Below the pieces are notes generated by a model. The model made no database searches. It saw only the letters and a program-made list of their open reading frames with translations, and was not told the DNA's origin. 27,773 nucleotides of DNA from Puniceicoccales bacterium (GTDB taxonomy: Bacteria; Verrucomicrobiota; Verrucomicrobiia; Opitutales; JAIRKQ01), in assembly GCA_031257495.1 (NCBI GenBank), contig JAIRON010000021.1, forward strand, positions 1-27,773, read 5' to 3'. Each line of letters begins with the position of its first letter. Within the stretch, counting starts at the first letter, position 1. Positions 8,076-15,990 of the stretch are shown here, piece by piece. The position numbers and the translations under genes were made by a program.

Positions 8076-8274
8076 TGTAAAATTTTAACAAACAACCACC
8101 CATTGGTTTGATGGGTAAATTTTAAAATTTTTGTACAAATTGCCGCCAATCTGAGGTGTGGCAATAAATAAATATGAATCTTGAAAAAACGGTGGAGACA
8201 TTTGATAGTTAATATTTGTTAAATTCATTGAATAATTGATTGAATTTCACGGAAAATTTATCCATTTTGAAGCC

Positions 8275-10290
8275 ATGGATTCATTCGTGCGAGGACGCAA
8301 ATTCGGCGTAAAATTCGCTTACGATTGGGATACCCTAGGGGAAGCGGCATTGATTTCAAAGGGCCTTGTTTGCGATCAAGTTGCCTGTGCCCAGTCTGGA
8401 CACTTGGGCACGGCCCTTGGCTGTTCGGCAATAGGTGCGGCGCTATTTGGGTATTTGCTGCGATTTAATCCACGGGAACCGCGCTGGTTAAATCGGGATA
8501 GGTTCATCCTATCCTGCGGCCATGCCAGTGCATTTTTGTACGCATGGTTGTACCTAGCTGGCTACGGACTTTCACTGGAGGATTTGAAAAATTTTAGGCA
8601 AGCCCATAGCAAAACGCCGGGGCATCCAGAATTTGGGGTAACGGATGGCGTGGAGTGCACAACGGGACCTCTGGGACAGGGCATTGGAAACGCTGTTGGT
8701 TTCGCCATCAGCGGCAAAAAATTGGAAGCGATGTGCAACGGTGATGGGCGGAAAATTTTTAACTACAACGTGGTGTGTTTGTGTGGAGATGGATGCTTAC
8801 AAGAGGGCGTAGCATCTGAAGCCTGTTCCTTGGCTGGACACCTGAAATTGGACAATCTGATCCTGATTTACGACAGAAATAATGTCACCATAGATGGTGC
8901 ATTGTCCCATTCACAGAGCGAGGATATTGAGAAAAAATTTGAGGCCTACGGATTTGAAATCGACACCATTGATGGGGGCTCTGCGGAGCAGGTTGTTGCC
9001 TCCTATGCAAAGTTGGTTTCATCGAAAAATGGACGGCCAAAAATGCTAATCGCCGACACAACGATAGGCGACGGCATCGACGAGGTTGCCGGCACGAATA
9101 AAGCTCACGGGGAAGGAGGGACGAAATTTATAAAATTGGCCAAGGCAAAACTTGGACTGCCCGACGCCGAATTTTTTGTTTCCGAAAAGGTGAGGAATTT
9201 TTTCGAAGAACGGCTAAGGGAAAGGGTAGAGGAGTATAATTCTTGGCGTTGCATTTTTGATGCATGGTCGAAGGATAATCCGAAATTGTGTAAAATTTTG
9301 CTGAAAAGTGACAGCGATAATATTTGTGAAAAGTTGAGAAATTTTGAATACGATGATTCTGTGGAAAGTGTTTCCACGCGTGTGGCCAACGGTGAAATTA
9401 TGCAATTTTTAGCGAAATGTGATCCTCTCATGGTGACTGCCAGTGCCGATTTGTTCTCTTCCACAAAAAACTATCTCAATGGCTGTGGAGACTTTTCGGC
9501 CAATGATAGATACGGCCGAAATCTGGGATTTGGCGTACGCGAACATGCCATGGGGGCAGCCCTAAATGGCGTATGTTACGATGGAATCTTTAATATGTCC
9601 TGTGCAACATTTTTGGTGTTTTCCGATTACATGAGAGCAGCAATTCGCCTTGCATCCATGGCCAAATTGCATGCGCTTTATCTATTTACCCATGACTCCA
9701 TTGCCGTGGGAAAAGATGGCCCAACACATCAGCCAGTAGAAACACTGGCATCTTTGAGATGTATTCCAAATTTATACGTCATGCGACCTGCCGATTATGA
9801 GGAGTTGATTGGTGTGTGGATTGCTTACTATTTGAGTAAAAATTTGCCATTCGCGTTCGTATTGTCGCGCCAAGATTTACCAATTTTGCGCAAAGATGGA
9901 ACAAACAGGGCAGAGGTACTTCACGGTGCTTACATCGTCCATAGGGAAAAATTGCAACTTCGATGTATTGTGATTGCAACGGGTAGTGAATTGTCGATTG
10001 CCATTGAGGTTGCTAAGAAGTTTGACGATGTGCGTGTTGTTTCCATGCCATGCATGGAGCTTTTCGACGAACAGGAAGATGATTTCAAGGAGTCCATTCT
10101 GCCAGGGGCATGTGAAAACAGAGTGGCGATTGAAGCGGGTGTGGCAATACCCTGGTACAAGTATGTGGGAGTCGATGGTAAATGCGTGTGCGTGGATAAA
10201 TTTGGTTTCAGTGGTTCGGAAGACGATTTATATATTGCCAATGAATTGACAATTGCTAACCTTACTCGCCAGTTAAGCACTTTTACATGA
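8275..10290 (+). CDS. tkt: Transketolase
   Basis: Frame of ORF 8236-10290. ATG 8275 is preferred over TTG 8236 because conservation begins near LGEAALISKG. Motifs: SGHLGTALG (usually SGHPG), GDGCLQEGVASEA, NNVTIDG, FTHDSIAVGKDGPTHQPVE. Stop TGA 10288-10290. Confidence 0.93.
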   Translation: MDSFVRGRKFGVKFAYDWDTLGEAALISKGLVCDQVACAQSGHLGTALGCSAIGAALFGYLLRFNPREPRWLNRDRFILSCGHASAFLYAWLYLAGYGLSLEDLKNFRQAHSKTPGHPEFGVTDGVECTTGPLGQGIGNAVGFAISGKKLEAMCNGDGRKIFNYNVVCLCGDGCLQEGVASEACSLAGHLKLDNLILIYDRNNVTIDGALSHSQSEDIEKKFEAYGFEIDTIDGGSAEQVVASYAKLVSSKNGRPKMLIADTTIGDGIDEVAGTNKAHGEGGTKFIKLAKAKLGLPDAEFFVSEKVRNFFEERLRERVEEYNSWRCIFDAWSKDNPKLCKILLKSDSDNICEKLRNFEYDDSVESVSTRVANGEIMQFLAKCDPLMVTASADLFSSTKNYLNGCGDFSANDRYGRNLGFGVREHAMGAALNGVCYDGIFNMSCATFLVFSDYMRAAIRLASMAKLHALYLFTHDSIAVGKDGPTHQPVETLASLRCIPNLYVMRPADYEELIGVWIAYYLSKNLPFAFVLSRQDLPILRKDGTNRAEVLHGAYIVHREKLQLRCIVIATGSELSIAIEVAKKFDDVRVVSMPCMELFDEQEDDFKESILPGACENRVAIEAGVAIPWYKYVGVDGKCVCVDKFGFSGSEDDLYIANELTIANLTRQLSTFT

Positions 10291-10300
10291 GGAGCGTTTT

Positions 10301-13276
10301 GTGAAAAAAATCGTAAAAATAATAGTATTTATATCGTTATTTGCATTTGGTATTTTCTTATTTCCCTGCCTTCCCTTTGTTCAGAGGCTTATTGTTAAGG
10401 GTATTTTATCTCACTATTTTGATGATGTGCGAATCCCAAAGGCGAGCATCGGGTTTTCCGAAGTAAAGGCGAAAAATGTTTGCATGCGCTACAAAGATAT
10501 GACCATTAGGTTCGCGGATTTGGATGTGAAGTGGAGCTTGAAAGATTGGTTTAGCCAGAAAATCTTAAGTGTAAAAAGTGCGACCCTTGACGGGCTGATG
10601 TTCTCATTTGAAAATGAACCAACGGACGTGTTGTATTTCGAAAAAAAGAAGGCAAGGATTGCTGCTAAATTTGACGTGGACCATGCCTTGAGCAGAGTAT
10701 TTCAGCAATTGAATAAACTTTCCGTGCTCTGCTCAAAGCCTGTCGCCATCGGAAAATTATCAGTAAATGGATCCTTTGATGTGTATGAGAAAATTTTGGG
10801 CGACTTTTCATTTGATGTATTAAATTTTGCTCGAGCTAAAACTGCCGATATTAGTTTCACATTAGATTCAGATTTTACGGGACAGTTGGTCGGTAAGCTT
10901 AAAATTTCCGGGCATTCATCCATTGACCGTGACATATCTGGGGCAATAAATTCAATGTCACTGAATTCGTTTATTGACTCGAAGGATGGCACGGCGAAAA
11001 ATGAAAAATCATTTTTGCTGAATGCAGCTTATGCCAGACCCACGGCCGCAGGCAATTTGCTACAACTGACCTTCATCGATGAGCAGAATTTAGATAAAAT
11101 TCTAGATGCTTCCTGTGAATTTGATGATAAGTCTCAAAACATGCGCTTTAACTTCGATGTTAAACTCACGGATCAGGAAGCCAAATACTTTGCTTTTGGT
11201 GCGGATATAAAACCATTTTTATGCCACTTATGTTCAACTGGAGAGTATAATTTGCCCCAGGCCAATGGATTAGCAAAGTCTTCATTTGAAGCAACATTTT
11301 CCAATGAAATTTTTGATCGTGTAGTACCGGAACTGAAAAACAACATTAAAGTTAGGATTGTTTTTTCCTTGGGTATTTTTGGGGAAAATATTGAGATACA
11401 GTCAATCAAGGGTGAAATTGGCGACGAGGAGAAGAAACAGATCGCTTGTTCCCTCGAATTACCGGACAAATATCGCTTTCATTGGTCAAAAAGCAGTCCT
11501 CTAAAAAGCCTAAATGGTTTGTCCATCAGTATCAATGTCGACAATATAGATACGGCGATTTTGGGGGCAATTTATAGCAATTGGCACTTGCATTCTCTGA
11601 TTAGCGGCAAATGTATTTTGGCATTCAAAAATAATCAGTTAAACATTTACAGTGATGCGAAAAGGTTTCACATGACGCCGATGAGTCTCATCCGTGGCGG
11701 AAATAAAATTTTTGATGAATTTGAGTGTTCCTTTGAACCGAGGATAGTTATCGGAGATGTAATCAAATGTGACATCACGGGTTTAACATGTACGGATAAA
11801 AAAGGTGCGAGTGTTATAGAAGGAAGTTTAACTTTCACATTGGATGATAGTTTCCGTTCCTGTTCGGGAAATTTGGTGTGCGATTTGGCCGATCTCTTAA
11901 AGCAGCCTATTTTTAAAAATGATCTTAAAGTTTCTTCCGGTTTAGCTTCCGGCGATTTCAATTTGGTGCAAAAAGACCATTTTTATACCGGCAATGCCGA
12001 ATTAAAATTGAAAGCGGTAAATTACGGCGAGGACAAAACACCATTGAATGGAAATTTAGACGTTGTTGTTGGTACTACGCCCACAAAAAATGAAATGAAA
12101 TTCAACATTAGCGGCAGCTTACACAATACCATGGATTCCGATGTATTGATAAATGGAATAGTTGGGGTGACAAATAACAAAAAGGAAGCGCTGGACAGTA
12201 ACATCCGCGTGGATATCAGGAGTTCGGTTATTTGTTTGTCAGATATCGTCATTCTTTCCAAATTATTTGCAATGAAGGAGTTTCAGAGCCCTGGCCCACA
12301 GGATGAATTTTTTGCAAAGCGTATCGAGTCGAGCAGAGTATCATTGTGGGATGAAATTTTATTCGATGCTTCCATTCAAGCTAATGCACTATACATGAAC
12401 GATGTTCAGCTCTGTTCTGACCTGTCTTGTGGACTAAAAGTGAACCCCAAGACAATTAATTTGCAAAATATGATGTGTTCCGTTTTTGGTGCATCTTTTT
12501 TAGGTTCGGGTTCGATTACCTTTGCTAGCGATGACTATGAAGGAACGTACAATGCCAAGGCGTATTTTTCCTTATCAGATCTGAGTGCCAGCAAATGCAT
12601 GTTGCTCCTAAAGAGAGACCCAAGGGCTTTTACCGGCATATTTGGGGCGAAGGGGAGTCTTTCCGCTTCCCAGCGTCTTTTGAGCGATTTACTGCCCCAC
12701 ATACAGGGTAAGGTCGATGTGGTTGGGATTAATGGAAATATTTCCCCAATGAAATTGCTTAGTAACACCCAGAAAGGCTTTATAGGGATTGTTGGAATTG
12801 CAGATAGTTTGTTAAATACGAACATTGCAAACGATGTGATACTGGCCTTTGAAAATATACCCTATGACAAGATGTCCACGTCCATAATTCGGCAAAGCAA
12901 TGGGGATATAATTTTAGACTCCTCTATCATCGTAGGGGAAAATATCAGGATGGTGGCAAATGGAATGGTAACTTCAAAGGTGGGCTACCCATTTCAGGAT
13001 TACGGTCTACGAGTCGAGTCACAGATAAGTACGAAAGGAAGCATGACGGAGCTCTTTAGTAGATTGGGATGGACGACTGACAAGGCCTTCGATTATTACG
13101 GATATAGACTGGGGCCGAAAGTCAATATAGGGGGAACGGTTGGAAATCCGAATTTGAGTGATCTCAAAATGTTAATAGGAACAGCAACCACTAAAATACT
13201 AGCGGAACAAGGGACGAATGGCGCACCTCAGCCGATCATCAACCCGGAAACTTTACTAAAAATGTTTCAGAAATAG
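10301..13276 (+). CDS. Large membrane-anchored beta-rich protein, AsmA/TamB-like (tentative)
   Basis: 991 aa from GTG 10301, preceded by GAGGAG (10289-10294, overlapping the tkt stop) at 6-nt spacing. Single N-terminal TM helix (VKIIVFISLFAFGIFLFPCLPFV). The long body alternates polar and hydrophobic residues. The C-terminal region (IIRQSNGDIILDSSIIVGENIRMVANGMVTS...YGLRVESQIS) resembles the AsmA-family C-terminal pattern. The family call is by eye only. Confidence 0.8.
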   Translation: MKKIVKIIVFISLFAFGIFLFPCLPFVQRLIVKGILSHYFDDVRIPKASIGFSEVKAKNVCMRYKDMTIRFADLDVKWSLKDWFSQKILSVKSATLDGLMFSFENEPTDVLYFEKKKARIAAKFDVDHALSRVFQQLNKLSVLCSKPVAIGKLSVNGSFDVYEKILGDFSFDVLNFARAKTADISFTLDSDFTGQLVGKLKISGHSSIDRDISGAINSMSLNSFIDSKDGTAKNEKSFLLNAAYARPTAAGNLLQLTFIDEQNLDKILDASCEFDDKSQNMRFNFDVKLTDQEAKYFAFGADIKPFLCHLCSTGEYNLPQANGLAKSSFEATFSNEIFDRVVPELKNNIKVRIVFSLGIFGENIEIQSIKGEIGDEEKKQIACSLELPDKYRFHWSKSSPLKSLNGLSISINVDNIDTAILGAIYSNWHLHSLISGKCILAFKNNQLNIYSDAKRFHMTPMSLIRGGNKIFDEFECSFEPRIVIGDVIKCDITGLTCTDKKGASVIEGSLTFTLDDSFRSCSGNLVCDLADLLKQPIFKNDLKVSSGLASGDFNLVQKDHFYTGNAELKLKAVNYGEDKTPLNGNLDVVVGTTPTKNEMKFNISGSLHNTMDSDVLINGIVGVTNNKKEALDSNIRVDIRSSVICLSDIVILSKLFAMKEFQSPGPQDEFFAKRIESSRVSLWDEILFDASIQANALYMNDVQLCSDLSCGLKVNPKTINLQNMMCSVFGASFLGSGSITFASDDYEGTYNAKAYFSLSDLSASKCMLLLKRDPRAFTGIFGAKGSLSASQRLLSDLLPHIQGKVDVVGINGNISPMKLLSNTQKGFIGIVGIADSLLNTNIANDVILAFENIPYDKMSTSIIRQSNGDIILDSSIIVGENIRMVANGMVTSKVGYPFQDYGLRVESQISTKGSMTELFSRLGWTTDKAFDYYGYRLGPKVNIGGTVGNPNLSDLKMLIGTATTKILAEQGTNGAPQPIINPETLLKMFQK

Positions 13277-13339
13277 GTTGATTTTATGTTGTATTTTAAA
13301 TGGTCCTGCTTATGGTGGGGAAACTTAGATCAGAAGGAT

Positions 13340-13510
13340 ATGCCGAGAGAATATATAATTTTGGAATGTGCGGAAGCAAAAGCTGAGGGAAAACCTGCTT
13401 CTCGCTACATGTCTACGCGTAATAAAAAAGTGCAGACTGAGCGCATTGAGAAAATGAAGTATAACAAATTTTTAAGAAGGCACACATTGCACCGGGAAAT
13501 AAAGGGTTGA
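13340..13510 (+). CDS. rpmG: 50S ribosomal protein L33
   Basis: 56 aa from ATG 13340 ([56 protein letters not shown]), with L33 hallmarks STRNKK and RRHTLHRE. The 18-codon upstream extension from ATG 13286 is unlikely to be translated. Confidence 0.9.
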   Translation: MPREYIILECAEAKAEGKPASRYMSTRNKKVQTERIEKMKYNKFLRRHTLHREIKG

Positions 13511-13532
13511 GATACCCTTTAAAATTTTTTTT
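13501..13532 (+). terminator. Candidate rho-independent terminator after rpmG
   Basis: Hairpin AAAGGGT (13501-13507) / ACCCTTT (13514-13520) with loop TGAGAT. It is followed by AAAA and a T8 run (13525-13532). The stem overlaps the rpmG stop codon. Confidence 0.5.
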
Positions 13533-13601
13533 GAATGGCTTGTTAGCTCGTTTCTACGTTTTTTAGATGGTTCCCAAAAAATAAAAAACAGTGGGGATTT
13601 T

Positions 13602-14825
13602 ATGTTTGATGTTAGCCAATTTCGCTCCCATTTTCCCATTTTAAATTCTTCCCTGGACTCTGGTAAAAAGCTGGTCTATGTCGATACCGCCTCCACTTCA
13701 CAAAAGCCTTCCTGTGTCATTGATAGTGTGTGTGATTTTTACCGCTCCTATAACGCTAATGTAAACCATGGATTATACGATTTTGCCGTTCGTGCCACGG
13801 AGGCCTATGAGTTGACCCGTTCCCGCATCGGGAAATATTTCAATGTTTCCGAAAAGGAAATAGTATTCACCTACGGTACAACGGATGGCATGAACACCTT
13901 GGCTGCTTCCTATGGCAGAAAGTTTTTAAGCGCGGGCGATGAAGTTTTAATCGGTGCGGCGGAACACCATTCCTCCTGTTTGCCGTGGAGAAGGGCCTGT
14001 GCAGACACCGGTGCCACTGTGAAAATTATTCCCCTCAGGGGCAAACAATACGAGCTGGATGTGGATTTTTACCGATCCATGTTTGGAAAGCGCACAAAGC
14101 TTGTTGTCATCCAGCACATAAGCAACGTTTTGGGGAACATTAACGACATTAAGTTATTTACGAGTATTGCCCACGAGAATGGAGCAAAAATAGTTATTGA
14201 TGGTGCGGCGAGCATGGCTCATGGCCCCCTTGATCTAAGTGATATCGATTGTGATTTTTTTGTAACTTCCGGCCACAAGGCCTTTGGTCCGAGCGGAAGT
14301 GGGTTCCTCTTTGGCAAATATTATCTCCTAGATGAGATGCCGCCCTTCCGTGTCGGTGGCCGAATGGTAAACGAAGTGTCTTTCGCCGATGCCCTGTATA
14401 AGTTACCGCCTGAGCGCTTCGAAGGAGGCACACCCAGCATCGCTTCTGTCATTGGTTTCGGTGAAAGTATAAGATTTTTATCGGAGATAGATTGGGTTTC
14501 CGCTAGGCAATATCTTGCTGAGTTGGCCAAGTATTTCCGCGACAGGTTGCTTGAAGTTGATGGCATTGAGTTGTACGGTTCTGGAAATGCCGGTATTTTT
14601 TCCTTCAACATTGCGCCCTTGCATTGTCACGACGTTGCAACCATCTTAGCGAAGTACGGTATTGCGATCCGCGCCGGGCACCATTGTGTCCAACCACTAA
14701 TGAGCCTGCTTGGCACAAGTGGAACGGCGAGAATATCCCTTTGCCTCTACAATACCGTCGAAGAAATCGATTTCATTGTCGACATCCTAAAAACTTGTAA
14801 AAGTTACTTTACTCGCCGTGCCTAA
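13602..14825 (+). CDS. sufS: Cysteine desulfurase, SufS/CsdA group (class V aminotransferase)
   Basis: 407 aa. PLP-lysine motif FFVTSGHKAFGPSGSGFLFGK, catalytic-cysteine loop RAGHHCVQPLM, and N-terminal FPIL...VYVDTASTSQKP. Confidence 0.92.
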   Translation: MFDVSQFRSHFPILNSSLDSGKKLVYVDTASTSQKPSCVIDSVCDFYRSYNANVNHGLYDFAVRATEAYELTRSRIGKYFNVSEKEIVFTYGTTDGMNTLAASYGRKFLSAGDEVLIGAAEHHSSCLPWRRACADTGATVKIIPLRGKQYELDVDFYRSMFGKRTKLVVIQHISNVLGNINDIKLFTSIAHENGAKIVIDGAASMAHGPLDLSDIDCDFFVTSGHKAFGPSGSGFLFGKYYLLDEMPPFRVGGRMVNEVSFADALYKLPPERFEGGTPSIASVIGFGESIRFLSEIDWVSARQYLAELAKYFRDRLLEVDGIELYGSGNAGIFSFNIAPLHCHDVATILAKYGIAIRAGHHCVQPLMSLLGTSGTARISLCLYNTVEEIDFIVDILKTCKSYFTRRA

Positions 14826-15744
14826 GCACCAAATATTTTTCATTTAGCCTTTCCACTCCGATAAATTTTTGTTTCAGTTCAGGTAAGTTCTTGTCAACGT
14901 AATAGCGATTGACTCCGTACTGGTATGCAAACTCATAATCGTTTGCCGATAATATATCTTCCCATTTTTGTTGAGTTGGTATCATGGTGCATGGCTCCGT
15001 TGCTTCTATTACGAATATTTTGGGTCGAAAATTTTGAAAATCGAAACCAAGTAGCACTTCCCGTTCGAATCCCTCCACATCTATTTTGCAAAATTGGATT
15101 TCCTGATCCCTTGGGCAATATTCTCTGCAAATATCACCCAATGGAACTACCTTAACTTTCCTGGGAGATGGGATGTATTCCCATGTTTTAGCGATGTTTG
15201 GATCTAAAGTGGAAAGCCCACCCCTTTCATATAGCTCGAGCTCTCCGTAATTTTCCCCAGCGCAGACGCACAGATTTACATCGCGATCCCTGTCTATGAC
15301 GAGCTCACCGTATTCCTTTAGAAGCGGCTCAATATTGATGCCACGATAGCCATTTTCGTAGAAAAATTTCGTCACGGAATCGTGGATCGGGTGGTTCGCT
15401 CCAACATCAATATAAAACCCATTTTTAACGTCACCGAGGGCATCATATAAAATTAGATCTTCTAAAACCTGCGCATAGGAAACAAATGCAATTTTTTTAG
15501 ATAAAATCTTCACTTTATCGCTGTACTTTGTTATTTTCTTTCGCAATTCCGTTACTTCGTTCCCTGGCCTTTTACGATTACCGGCGACTTGCCCTATATT
15601 TTTTTTGGTAAATACTCTTTGGCTATACTTTTTAATTTTGTGATCCGTTCTTTTAGGTTCACCGTTCAAAGAAGATTGCCAGGGCAATCCGACAAACATA
15701 CACGTAACTAAAGTTGCCAGCGAAGCACAACATTTTTTATTCAT
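14809..15744 (-). CDS. FkbM-family SAM-dependent methyltransferase with N-terminal hydrophobic anchor
   Basis: 311 aa. Core YAQVLEDLILYDAL...FYIDVGANHPIHDSVTKFFYENGYRGINIEP...FCKIDVEGFEREVL matches the FkbM pattern (DVGAN...EP...IDVEG.E). N-terminus MNKKCCASLATLVTCMFVGLPW is signal/anchor-like and is followed by a K/R-rich ~55-aa segment. The 3' end overlaps sufS by 17 bp (convergent). Confidence 0.8.
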   Translation of the reverse strand: MNKKCCASLATLVTCMFVGLPWQSSLNGEPKRTDHKIKKYSQRVFTKKNIGQVAGNRKRPGNEVTELRKKITKYSDKVKILSKKIAFVSYAQVLEDLILYDALGDVKNGFYIDVGANHPIHDSVTKFFYENGYRGINIEPLLKEYGELVIDRDRDVNLCVCAGENYGELELYERGGLSTLDPNIAKTWEYIPSPRKVKVVPLGDICREYCPRDQEIQFCKIDVEGFEREVLLGFDFQNFRPKIFVIEATEPCTMIPTQQKWEDILSANDYEFAYQYGVNRYYVDKNLPELKQKFIGVERLNEKYLVLRHGE

Positions 15745-15949
15745 ATAATCCCTCCCTTATTATAAATTGAGAAGGAAATTATATGGAAAAACTTACGTTT
15801 GTAAATGCTAAATTTTAGCAAAAAAAGAAAGCTATAAGGATCAAAAATCCTTTTAGCAAAAAACCTAGGAATAGTGCCTTAGCGCATGCGCATCACTTTT
15901 GTTACAGTGAAAACTTTCAATTCAATAATAGTTTGCTGAGATTTTCTAT

Positions 15950-15972
15950 CTAAAAACTCGCTTTCCAAGCGG
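15950..15972 (-). terminator. Weak candidate terminator downstream of ppdK
   Basis: On the minus strand: CGCTT-GGA-AAGCG hairpin (plus 15959-15971), then AGTTTTTAG (plus A5 at 15952-15956), ~20 nt after the ppdK stop. The stem is only 5 bp. Confidence 0.3.
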
Positions 15973-15990
15973 CTCATAAACTTTTTTTAA

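Noticed and set aside
8098-8116. ACCCAT-TGGTTTG-ATGGGT hairpin flanked by AAATTTTA words between the orphan cassette and tkt, considered as a terminator or operator
   Set aside because: No gene ends upstream of it on either strand, so it has no terminator role. The stem is only 6 bp and such hairpins are common in AT-rich spacers.
15063-15073. GTTCGAATCCC, a T-loop-like word that suggested a tRNA
   Set aside because: The flanking bases cannot form a T-stem or acceptor stem, and it lies inside the well-supported methyltransferase CDS. No tRNA cloverleaf could be built anywhere in the window.
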